Source: Octopus vulgaris | Taxonomy: Eukaryota | Direction: 5' to 3' | Assembly (NCBI GenBank): GCA_951406725.2 | Contig: OX597827.1 | Coordinates: 40,796,001-40,860,000, forward strand | DNA: 64,000 bases | Shown: piece by piece, positions 52,900 through 64,000 of the stretch | How the letters are laid out: each line of letters starts with the position of its first letter | How positions within the stretch are numbered: position 1 is the stretch's first letter | Program-made: the position numbers and the translations under genes | Notes under the pieces: generated by a model | The model's database searches: none | What the model saw: only the letters and a program-made list of their open reading frames with translations | What the model was told of the DNA's origin: nothing

Positions 52900-54038
52900 A
52901 GAAACGTTGACATGTCATATAATTTCCATATATATGGAGACAGCCACCAATATATATGTCTGTGGCTTTCGATTGGATAAAGTTACCCACTTTGCAAGAT
53001 TTAAAAGCTATTAACTTCCTTATATATTAACTTATGACAAAAATGAATTTCATTTCCATAACAGGCATACAAAACTACATCAGTACATCAAATTTGAAAA
53101 CAGCTGAAACAAAATTATAAAATGATAAACTGTGACAGCAACAGAAAAGAACACGGTTGACTTTGGAAGCATACTTTTGCCGTCATGGATAATATAAGGA
53201 AATATATCATACATCGTGTACTCCACCTTATTCCGAATTGGAGGGTACAAGGTCATTCTCAAAGTTTCCGGTAATTATTGTGCCGGCTCCTTTTACCGAA
53301 CCACCATATTAAGAGGACATAAAGAAAGCAGAACCAGTCGCCTATCGACAGTGGGGGACAAACACTTGACAAGGATAAACACACTTAGTCTGTCATTTTA
53401 ACGGCGGTGCATCAGCATGGCCGCAGCTCTGAGCTGAAACTAGAGGAAAAGATAAATAAATATAAAACGGGCTTCGACACAGTGGCTATCTTCTAAATTT
53501 TTCTTACCCGGGGCTATAGAAGAAGACATTTGCACAAGGTGCCGCCCGATCGCGTACACACACACACACATACACCCAAATATATGGAGCAAAAATTAAA
53601 GGTATCACGAAAACGACATAAAAAAAAAAAAAGCCCAGGAAAATAGAAGGAAAAGCTTTATATGCTTCGAGCATACGTTCTTCTAGAGTAAGTGGTCCAC
53701 AATCTTTTTTTCACTTGCGGTACATTTATATTCTTTCCAAAATTCGGAATACACCTGTACAAAAAATATACTTAAAAGTATAGGGGATAAAATTATATTC
53801 AGGTTACACTGCGGCACACCAAGCATCGTCTTGTGACACACCAGTGTGTTGCGGCACACCGGTTGCAGAGCACTGTTCTAGACAAAGAATAGACGAGGGC
53901 AGAAAAAATGGAGAGAGAATACAAAAAACGAGTTACAGTTAGACGTTTGTCGCATCCATAATGTCTTGAGTTGTAATTTTCATATGTATATGAAATATGA
54001 AAAAACAAATATACCCAAAAACGTTATTAAAAGTTGAT

Positions 54039-54120
54039 TGGCAGCGGTGGGATTCGAAACCACGCCTCCGAAGAGACTGGTGCCTTAAACCAGCGCCTTA
54101 GACCGCTCGGACACACTACC
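54039..54120 (-). tRNA. trnL-AAG: tRNA-Leu(AAG), A- and B-box mutant (probable pseudogene)
   Basis: G53>U, C6>U and G10>U. Confidence 0.65.
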
Positions 54121-54681
54121 GACGAGCTGCATGGTTACGTTACAATATAGTCACCATGAGTATGCATCTCCTGTGGGAAAAACGATTTTTTATATATCAA
54201 TATTTTACATGTATAAGACAGCGAGCTGGCAGAAACGATAACACGCCGGACGAAATGCTTAGCGGTATTTCGTTTGCCGCTACGTTCTGAGTTCAAATTC
54301 CGCCGAGGTCGACTTTGTCTTTCATCCTTTCGCACTGTACCAGTTACGCACTGGGGTCGATCTAATCGACTTAATCCGTTTGTCTGTCCTTGTTTGCCCC
54401 TTCTGTTTACTACCCTTCTGGGTAGTAAAGAAATAGGTATTTCGTCTGACTTGATAATTTGAGTTCAAATTCCGCCGAGGTCAACTTTGCTTTCATCATT
54501 TTGGGGTCGATAAATCAAGTACCAGTTGCGTACAGGGGTCCATCCAATGATTGGCCCCGTAAACAAAACTTTCAGGCCTTGTGCCTAGAGTAGAAAAGAA
54601 TACTTTACATGTATATATTTATCAAAATAATGTAGTTATCGAATCTAAATATGATCATTGAAATTTGCCAAAACTAACATG

Positions 54682-54763
54682 TGGCAGCAGTGGGATTCGA
54701 ACCCACGCCTCCGAAGAGACTGGTGCCTAAAACCAGCGCCTTAGACCACTCGGCCACGCTACC
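54682..54763 (-). tRNA. trnL-TAG: tRNA-Leu(TAG), C66>U
   Basis: TAG anticodon. Confidence 0.92.
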
Positions 54764-55108
54764 AGAACAGTTCGACGGCCCATATATTACTATGAAATTA
54801 TCACGCTATTGTGTAATCTCATAGGAAGTTAGAGTATTTATGTGTGACAGTTTGACAGTCTTCGATATTTTGTGTATCTGTATGCACACTCCCTCTCTCT
54901 CATTCACCCTCCCCCTCTCTCTCACTCGCTCTTTCTCTCTCTATGTTTCTATGAATCTGTGTATGTGTATGTATGTATGTATGTATGTATTATGTAAACA
55001 CATGCCTACACTCACACACGCACACACACAGAGTAGGACAGAGAAGTCCTCACAGCCTTGTGAGTGGATTTTGTAGACGGAAAATGAAAGAAGCCCGTCG
55101 TATATATA

Positions 55109-55243
<135 letters not shown>

Positions 55244-55261
55244 AATATACATATATATATG

Positions 55262-55310
<49 letters not shown>

Positions 55311-55387
55311 ATATTATCTTACAAAACCAACATGCTCTGGCATTAATGACATAATTTCCTATAAATATATCAGCTCTTCGACATATC

Positions 55388-55469
55388 GGTAGCGTGGCCG
55401 AGCGGTCTAAGGCGCTGGTTTAAGGCACCAGTCTCCTCGGAGGCGTGGGTTCGAATCCCACCGCTGCCA
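55388..55469 (+). tRNA. trnL-AAG: tRNA-Leu(AAG)
   Basis: Same variable-arm variant as 37571. Confidence 0.92.
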
Positions 55470-55491
55470 ATTTGTTTTTTTTTACATTTCC

Positions 55492-55524
<33 letters not shown>

Positions 55525-57008
55525 CTAGCAGTATCGCCCGGCGTTGTTCGGGTTTGTAAGGGAAATAACTATATAAGCATTTTTAGAGAGTTATAGCCAA
55601 GAAATAGCAAAAAAATGCATTAAAAATGGAAAAGAAATTAAGGTAAATTTCTTTTTAAATCGTTGACACATCGTAGATATTTTTAGAGAGTTACTTCCCT
55701 TATATAATAGCGAAAAAAATGCATTAAAATGGAAAAATATGATGGTAAATTTTTTTAAATCGTAGACTCATCGTAGACGCGCGCTAATACCCGAAGGGCT
55801 CGATATGACTCACGACTATAAGATACCCGGTTTTGGTTACACTGCACCGCAAAATGTGGGAGTAGTTAGGAATCTAAATCGTAGGAGACAGACACACAAC
55901 TTCACTCTTATATATAAAGATATAAGTCACGTAGTTATATACACATACTTTGTTAAATACACATTCTTAAAAGAAAATGTTATTTTGAATACAACATTTA
56001 TAAAGAATAAAATATTTTTTTGGTTTTTCTTAACCCTTTCGTTACTATATTTCTGACCAAAATACACCCCTTATGTGTTTCAATTAATTTCTAACGTAAT
56101 CATAAATTTAGTCTGGTTTCATTAAACAACAATAACTTTTTTATTTATCAATATATTAACGTGAATTTTGGAAGATAATTTAATGAAATGTCCTCAACCA
56201 ATTCTATACTATAATTTTTGTCACAAAGTGACTCTAATTGCAGGTAGATACAGGTAAATTCAACAATATATAAAATTATTAAAATTTTGTTCAAACATCG
56301 CTATAGAAAATGGGTTATTAGCTAATATTCAATTGGGTATACAACAAAATTTTACGATAGAATTTGTTATTCTGAGTAACTTTCTGATATCCATAATAAT
56401 ATTTATGGCAAAATAGGCCTTAATTTCATTTAAGGTTGTGGGAAATAACAAACTATCCTTTCTTTCGTTTTGTTTACGTTTAGCGTAACGTTTCGTTTCT
56501 GCCGTAATGATTTCAAATGGGCTCATTCGAAAAAGTAAATAGAAATAGTCTAAGGCTTTACTCTTCTGGGAAAGTCTGTGGCTTGGTGCAGTTTCTTCAG
56601 AAAAATCACCGAAAGAAACAGTTTTTAAATTTTCACTCCATTCAGGTACCAATTCGTTTTCTTTATCGCTGTCGGATTCACTGTTTTCACTTTAATAGCT
56701 GCAAACTTGCAAAGACAAAGGAGGAGAAGGGTGATAGCGTCAGTGAAACAATTCGCTCCCTTTGTGTGTGTGTGCGTTTGCGTGTGGTGTAAACCCCATT
56801 AAGAAAAACATTTGACATACACACCAGAATGTGAGTTTTCTGTAAATTTTGCTTAATTGGAGTTTAAATTTTAAAAACTGGACCTGGCATGACCCGATGC
56901 ATTCTACTCTAAAAATGCTAGGTAAATTGTAATTGAAGAAATCCTATATTGTAGATTTCTATAAGTTACAAAGGGAGGCAGATAAAATCTGCCTTTTATA
57001 ATAAGAGA
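55525..57008 (-). mobile_element. Composite Helitron with piggyBac fragment (duplicate of 37694-39176)
   Basis: Near-identical copy at the same spacer position. Confidence 0.78.
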
Positions 57009-57216
57009 TATGTATGTATATATGTAACCGAACCCTAATTATTGTTAAAGATAACACATAAATGGAACAGCATTTTTTTATTACACAAGGTTACAGCAAA
57101 TAATCAATAAATTCGATAGGGTTCGGTTAGACACATACTTACACGCGTACGTACGTGCGTGCGTGCGTACGTGCGTGCGTGCGTACGTGCGTGCATGCGT
57201 ACGTACGTGCGGGCGG

Positions 57217-57307
<91 letters not shown>

Positions 57308-58376
57308 AGCGTGCGTACGTACGTACGTATGTATGTATGTATGTATACAGGTTAACATGCATTTTGTCGCCGCAAAAAAAAAGGGAATATAAATTGTTCC
57401 GGAAAATTGCTGAAAAATTAATGTGAATTACGATAGAAGCCAGAAGTGATGATGCTGGCTTAACGAATGTATAGAACGTACGTATGTTAAATATATGAAC
57501 ACTTGATATATTTTATATAAGATGAAAACAATCATATTTACGTGGAAGCAACAGTCACTGATGCACGATGTGAGATTTGTGAACAGTTTTCTACGATTTC
57601 TAAATTTGTTTCGCAACACATGCTTATGAAGATATGACCTAAATAAATCGTCGCTAATCCCATATTGTCGCCCGAGTTACTTCTTGGCTGGAATCCATCG
57701 CCCGTGTAGAATTTGTGAAAGGATACTGTCATCGTTTGAATCAACAAAATTGAGCGCATGGTCGACAACTTCATGAGTGTAGAAGTTGTCGAGACCCACA
57801 TATGAAGCCTACCCATGGGATATCAAATGCATTCCTGACAATATCCAATGCCCGATAAAGGTCCAAAGTGTTTCTTGCGTACGATGGCAGATGGAGTTCT
57901 TTATCTATCTCTATCTATCCGCTCAGTCGAAGTCGACTCTCTCTTACTCGATTGATCAGTGTCCTCCAGTCAGTTCTATCCTGGGCCGCGTCTTTCAGAT
58001 TGGCTATGTCCATTCCGGTATCACTTTTGATGGTGTCAAGCCAGCGGGTTCTTGCTGGGCCTCTTCCTCTCTTGCCACTGACCATTCCGAGCATGATGTC
58101 CTTCTCCAGGGATTTTCTCTGCATAATATGACCAAAATATGTCAATCTATGCTTTGTGATCCTAGCTTCTAGCGACATTTTCAGCCTGTTCTGCTTAAGA
58201 GTTCTTTATACAAGTTTGATATATCACTGTCGTCACATCCGATTCTCTAGGACAATTAACACTCACTTTTTTTATAATAGTAAACTGTATATGATAACTC
58301 TGTATACCTAACATAAACTCGGAATACGAATATGGAAATGTGTAAAATAAGGGGATAAAAAAAAATTAGCATCAAA

Positions 58377-58458
58377 TGGCAGCGGTGGGATTCGAACCCA
58401 CGCCTCCGAAGAGACTGGTGCCTTAAACCAGCGCCTTAGACCGCTCGGCCACGCTACC
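58377..58458 (-). tRNA. trnL-AAG: tRNA-Leu(AAG)
   Basis: Consensus copy. Confidence 0.96.
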
Positions 58459-59008
58459 AATACGTTAACTGTTTGACAGATTAATATGAAATTATAATGT
58501 CAGTGCGTGTTGTTTATGTTAGATAATATTTATATGCAGAAGTGTTTTATATGCCGCCATTTTCAAAGCCTGTGAGTATCTATATACATATATGCATGCA
58601 TGTATGTTGAGCGGGTGGATGGAAAGTTGTGTCATTATGCACCCTGGCCCCAAAAACTTCATGCTGAACCCTTTATTCCGTCCGCAAGGGTAGATTGATC
58701 TCATCCGAAAGTCAATACCAGGGATACTCTCCTTCCGATTACTTCCTTCTTTATCATACCCTTTGCTCGTTCCACTTCTACAACTGTGTGTGTGGGTGGG
58801 TGGAGGGTTCTTATTTTTGTTTCAGTCACTTGACTACGGCCATGCTGGGACACCACCTTGAATCAAACAAATCGCGCATACAACACATATAGTTATAATT
58901 GATAATGAAGCAATCTGATAAATATTAAGTAATAAATCATAGATCATATTTATTAGAAAATGTGAACATGGAACAAGATCACTGAAACAAAACAAAAAGG
59001 ATGCATAT

Positions 59009-59090
59009 TGGCAGCGGTGAGATTCGAACCCACGTCTCCGAAGAGACTGGTGCCTTAAACCAGCGCCTTAGACCGCTCGGCCACGCTACC
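59009..59090 (-). tRNA. trnL-AAG: tRNA-Leu(AAG), two substitutions
   Basis: C62>U (G52-U62) and a variable-arm G>A change. Confidence 0.82.
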
Positions 59091-60152
59091 AGAGCAGTCG
59101 GCATGTCATATAATTTCCATATATATGGAGACAGCCACCAATATATATGTCTGTGGCTTTCGATTGGATAAAGTTACCCACTTTGCAAGATTTAAAGGCT
59201 ATTAACTTCCTTATCTGTTAACTTATGACAAAAATGAATTTCATTTCCATAACAGGCATACAAAACTACATCAGTACATCAAATTTGAAAACAGCTGAAA
59301 CAAAATTATAAAATGATAAACTGTGACAGCAACAGAAAAGAACACGGTTGACTTTGGAAGCATACTTTACCATCATGGATAATATCAGGAAATATAACAT
59401 ACATCGTGCACTCCGCCTTATTTCGAATTGGATGGTACAAGGTCATTCTCAAAGTTTCTGGGAATTATTGTGCCGTCTCCTTTTACCGAACCACCATATT
59501 AAGAGGACATAAAGAAAGCAGAACCGGTCGCGTATCTACAGTGAGGGACAAACACTTGACAAGGATAAACACACTTACATATATACATATATAAAACGGG
59601 CTTCTAAATTTTTCTAATCGAAGCTATAGAAAACATTAGCACAAGGTGCCGCCCGATCGCGTACACACGCACACACAGACACATACACAAATATATGGAT
59701 CAAAAATTAAAGGTATCACGAAAACGAGATTGAAAAAACAGCAAACAAACAAACGCTCAAGAAAATAGAAGGAAAAGCTTTTTATTCTTCGAGCATACGT
59801 TCTTCTAGAGTAAGTGGTCCACAACCTTTTTTTCACTTGCGGTACATTTACATTCTTTCCAAAATTCGGAATACACCTGTACAAAAAATATAACTAAAAA
59901 TATAGGGGATAAAATTATATTCAGGTTACACTGCGGAACACCAAGCATCGTCTCGTGACACACAAGTGTGTCGCGACAAACCCGTTGCAGAGCACCGTTC
60001 TAGACAAAGAATAGACGAGGACAGAAAAGAGAATACAAAAAACGAGTTACAGTTAGACGTTTGTCGCATCCATAATGTCTTGAGTTGTAATTTTCTCATG
60101 TATATGAAATATGAAAAAACAAATATACTAAAAACAATTATTATAAGTTGGT

Positions 60153-60234
60153 TGGCAGCGGTGGGATTCGAACCCACGCCTCCGAAGAGACTGGTGCCTT
60201 AAACCAGCGCCTTAGACCGCTCGGCCACGCTACC
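60153..60234 (-). tRNA. trnL-AAG: tRNA-Leu(AAG)
   Basis: Consensus copy with intact B box. Confidence 0.96.
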
Positions 60235-60930
60235 GACAAGGTGAAGTGCTGCGTTACAATATAGTCATCATGAGTATGTATTTCTTGTGGGAAAAACGAT
60301 GTTTTATATATCAATGTTCTACATGTATAAGGCGGCGAGCTGGCAGAATCGTTAGCACGCCGGACAAAATGCTTAGCGGTATTTCGTCTGCCGCTACGTT
60401 CTGAGTTCAAATTCCGCCGAGGTTGACTTTGCCGTTCATCCTGGAGTCGATGTAATCGACTTAATCCGTTTGTCTGTCCTTGTTTATCCTCTCTGTGTTT
60501 AGTCCCTTTTGGGTAGTAAAGAAATAGGTATTTCGTCTACCGTTACGTTCTGAGTTCAAATTCCGCCGGGCTCGATTAAATAAGTACCAGTTACGCACTG
60601 GGGTCGATGTAATCGACTTAATCCGTTTGTCTGTCCTTGTTTGTCTCCTCTGTGTTTAGCCCCTTGTGGGTAGTAAAGAAATAGGTATTTCGTCTGACTT
60701 GATACTTTCAGTTCAAATTCCGCCGAGGTCAACTTTGCTTTCATCCTTTTGAGGTCGATAAATCAAGTACCAGTTGCGTACAGGGGTCCATCCAATGACT
60801 GGCCCCGTCCCCAAAACTTTCTGGCCTTGTGCCTAGAGTAGAAAAGAATACTTTACATGTATATATTTATCAAAATAATGTAGTTATCGAATCTAAATCT
60901 GATCATTGAAATTTTGCCAAAACTAACATG

Positions 60931-61012
60931 TGGCAGCGGTGGGATTCGAACCCACGCCTCCGAAGAGACTGGTGCCTAAAACCAGCGCCTTAGACCACTC
61001 GGCCACGCTACC
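60931..61012 (-). tRNA. trnL-TAG: tRNA-Leu(TAG)
   Basis: TAG consensus copy. Confidence 0.95.
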
Positions 61013-61370
61013 AGAACAATTCGGTAGTCCATATATTACTATGAAATTATCACGCTATTGTGTAATCTCATAGGAAGATAATGTATTTATGTGTGACAGT
61101 TTGACAGTCTTATGCTTCGATATTTTGTGTATCTGTATGCACACTCTCTCTCTCATTCACCATCGCCCTATCTCTCACTCGCTCTTTCTCGCTCTATCTA
61201 TCTATCTTTTTATGCATCTGTATATGTGTATGTATGTATATGTGTATGTATGTATGTATTATGTAAACACATGCCTACACTCACACACGCACACACACAG
61301 AGTAGGACAGAGAGGTCCTCACAGCCCTGGGAGTGGATTTGGTAGACGGAAACTGAAAGAAGCCCGTCGT

Positions 61371-61472
<102 letters not shown>

Positions 61473-61504
61473 TTTATTTTAAGCAGCAGAAAATTCAACA
61501 AAAT

Positions 61505-61542
61505 CTGTTACTCTGAGTTTCTCGTTGCCGTTCATCAGACAG
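61505..61542 (-). ncRNA. Minimal hammerhead ribozyme motif at the element 3' end
   Basis: CTGT CTGATGA ACGGCAACGA GAAA CTC A GAG TA ACAG. Confidence 0.68.
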
Positions 61543-62966
61543 TTTTTGCTAGAATGGAACTGATATATCAATTCAATCTATACTCTTACAAACGCTACAC
61601 CTTTAAAAAGAAATGGACTTGTTTGATTGGCCCTTTAGAAAAAACGGTCAATCTTCGAGCGATAAACAAAAAGGTCAAAAATATATGTATATATATATAT
61701 AAAAAAACTTATAAAAATTATAAAAATTATAAAATCCGAGGAAAAAACCGAGGAAAAAACCTATTGACGTTAATGAAGACAGTGCAAATTAATGCATAGA
61801 AATTAAACCTGTTATAAATACTGCAATACATATTTATATTAAAATCTACATATATATATCAACATACACAAAAGGATGCGCGTAAACGCCATACATACAT
61901 ATACAGACGTATGAATATGAATCTAAATATACACATAAAAGCATGTGTACATATATTCACGCAAACCGTCTCGCACGCAAGCTAAAATTCATCTATGTAG
62001 CAATTCTCATATACTGAGCAAGGAGGGGGAACGAAAGAAAGGGAAAGAGAGAAAAAGGAACGAAGGAGGGGTGGGGAAAAACTTGTAACGATGTTATTGG
62101 CATCTATAGAGACCAGTATACATACACAAGTTTGAATGGATACATATACATACCGTCGTGTATATGTGTGCTTAAACACAAGCATACTTTCACTTACACA
62201 TACACAGATACGCATGCTTACAAATACATATGCTTTGCTATACACATACTTATATAAACATTCTAATTTTGACAACATTGCTTTTTTTAAAAAACATTGC
62301 TTTTAAAAATGGGTGCATTAATAAAAATATATACGAAAGACATATAAAATAAAATATAACATCCTATTTTGGGTCATTTATAAATAATCAAGGTAATATA
62401 AATAATCAAGGTAATCCTATGCAATACAATAACATGAAAACAAAGTTTGTAGGTTTTTCCTAATATATATGTAGAAACATAAGACTTTGCTATACGGATT
62501 AAGATCCGCGTAGCTTGGAAACAGAATCAAAATCCATCGTAGCGCTCAAGAGTCAAAATCAAAATCAAAAATCAAAAATACAAAATATATACTCTATCCA
62601 TATGGTATATTTATATTCGATATTTTAAATTTAGCCGCGTGCCTACATAAGTTCATTAACTCACTTCTTTGATTCAAAGAATTATTGTCTTTGAATAAGA
62701 TGTACATTTTTTCTAATAGGCAAAGTCTGCACTTGAAATTATATTTGTAAGCTCCATGCCTGTATGGTGCCGCCCTGTCCAGAATGCTCCATGTCACGTT
62801 GAAAGGTGGGGCTTCCTTTTCTTTTAGTTCCCAGACATATTTTGCTAGGCTGGTTTTCTTCCTATTCTCTGGGTATTTAAAAGAATTTTTATGAGAATAA
62901 AATCTTGTTTTAAATGAATTTTCTGAAGCCCCTGTGTATGTCTTGTATTCCGATGAGCCTTCCACT

Positions 62967-64000
62967 GAGGATTCTCTTTTCGATGTACCGATGGGGGCAT
63001 ACGACGGGGCTGAATTATGTATGCTCATAGGAGCCTTTATTCTCCATAATCTAAAAATAGAATTCCCATTTATAGATGCAGGTTTATATAGGGATGACGG
63101 CCTTATAGCCACGCATAATCTAAACGGCCATGAATCAGATAGACTTAGGAAGGACCTTATAGCTTTCTTTCAAAGGATGGGCTTACGGATTACGATAGAT
63201 GCTAACCTGAATAGTGTAGATTTTTTAGACGTAAATTTTAATGTAAGATCGGATAGATTTAAACCTTTCCCTAAGCCCAATGAAAAGCTATCGTATATTA
63301 GCAAAGATTCGAACCATCCACCAGTTATCCTTAGCAACTTAGTCAGCAATGTAGGTAGAAGAATATCTTCAATTTCTTCGGACGAGGCAGCATTCCATAA
63401 TGCTGCACCTTATTACGATAGCGCATTAAAGAATAGTGGATTCTCGGAGAAGATCCAGTTCAACCAGCTTAATGCTAATAATAATGCTGCACGAAGAACT
63501 AGGACCAGGAAAGTTTTGTGGTTCAACCCGGCTTTCAATTTGGCCGTAAAGACTAATATAGGTAAGGAATTTTTGAGATTAGTCTCTAAGCATTTTAAGC
63601 AGGGTCATAAATTCTACAGAATATTTAATAGAAGAACCCTGAAGGTTAGCTATTCTTGTTGCAGAAATTTCGCCTCTTACATTAGCCAACATAATAGGAA
63701 GCTAATTGAGATTAGACATGGTGCCGAGCCCATTAAGAAATGTAATTTCAAAAACGAAAGCTCCTGTCCGTTAGAAGGGAAATGTCTAGTGAAAGGAGTA
63801 GTTTATAGAGCCAAGGTGCAAGTGGAAGGCTCATCGGAATACAAGACATACACAGGGGCTTCAGAAAATTCATTTAAAACAAGATTTTATTCTCATAAAA
63901 ATTCTTTTAAATACCCAGAGAATAGGAAGAAAACCAGCCTAGCAAAATATGTCTGGGAACTAAAAGAAAAGGAAGCCCCACCTTTCAACGTGACATGGAG
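62967..64000 (+). CDS. Penelope-like RT and GIY-YIG endonuclease, partial open frame (5'-truncated, runs off window)
   Basis: Hand translation shows no stops: FDVPMGAYDGAELCMLIG..GLYRDDGL..VDFLDV..SNHPP..WFNP..KVSYSC..CPLEGKC..GVVYRA..YTG..FKTRFYSH. Absent from the ORF track because it has no stop in the window. Confidence 0.85.

Noticed and set aside
62594-63112. Stand-alone 172-aa nuclease gene
   Set aside because: Chimeric ORF across the inversion junction at 62966/62967: the N-terminus is antisense RT sequence and the rest is the inverted Penelope endonuclease.

Overview
AT-rich, microsatellite- and SINE-dense animal genomic DNA. The SINE families look like those of Octopus, but the species is inferred, not shown. 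The first ~14.7 kb holds the bHLH exon of a TCF21/musculin-family gene, SINEs, decayed transposons and three long palindromes. From 14.7 to 61.0 kb lies a tRNA-Leu gene array: 42 full-length 82-nt genes (31 AAG, 11 TAG; 34 on the minus strand, 8 on the plus strand) plus one degenerate copy. The left part is older and diverged. The right part is built from five spacer modules that swap at the tRNA genes, with a ~13.7-kb higher-order duplication. The spacers record insertions, several with filled and empty sites both visible in the window: RTE, Helitrons (one carrying a piggyBac fragment), a hAT MITE, a Merlin relic, a Penelope-like 3' end with a hammerhead ribozyme, and a 28S rRNA fragment. The window ends in a young Penelope-like retroelement with an inverted 3' copy. 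All coordinates and alignments were read by eye; no database search was run, so novelty cannot be established here.
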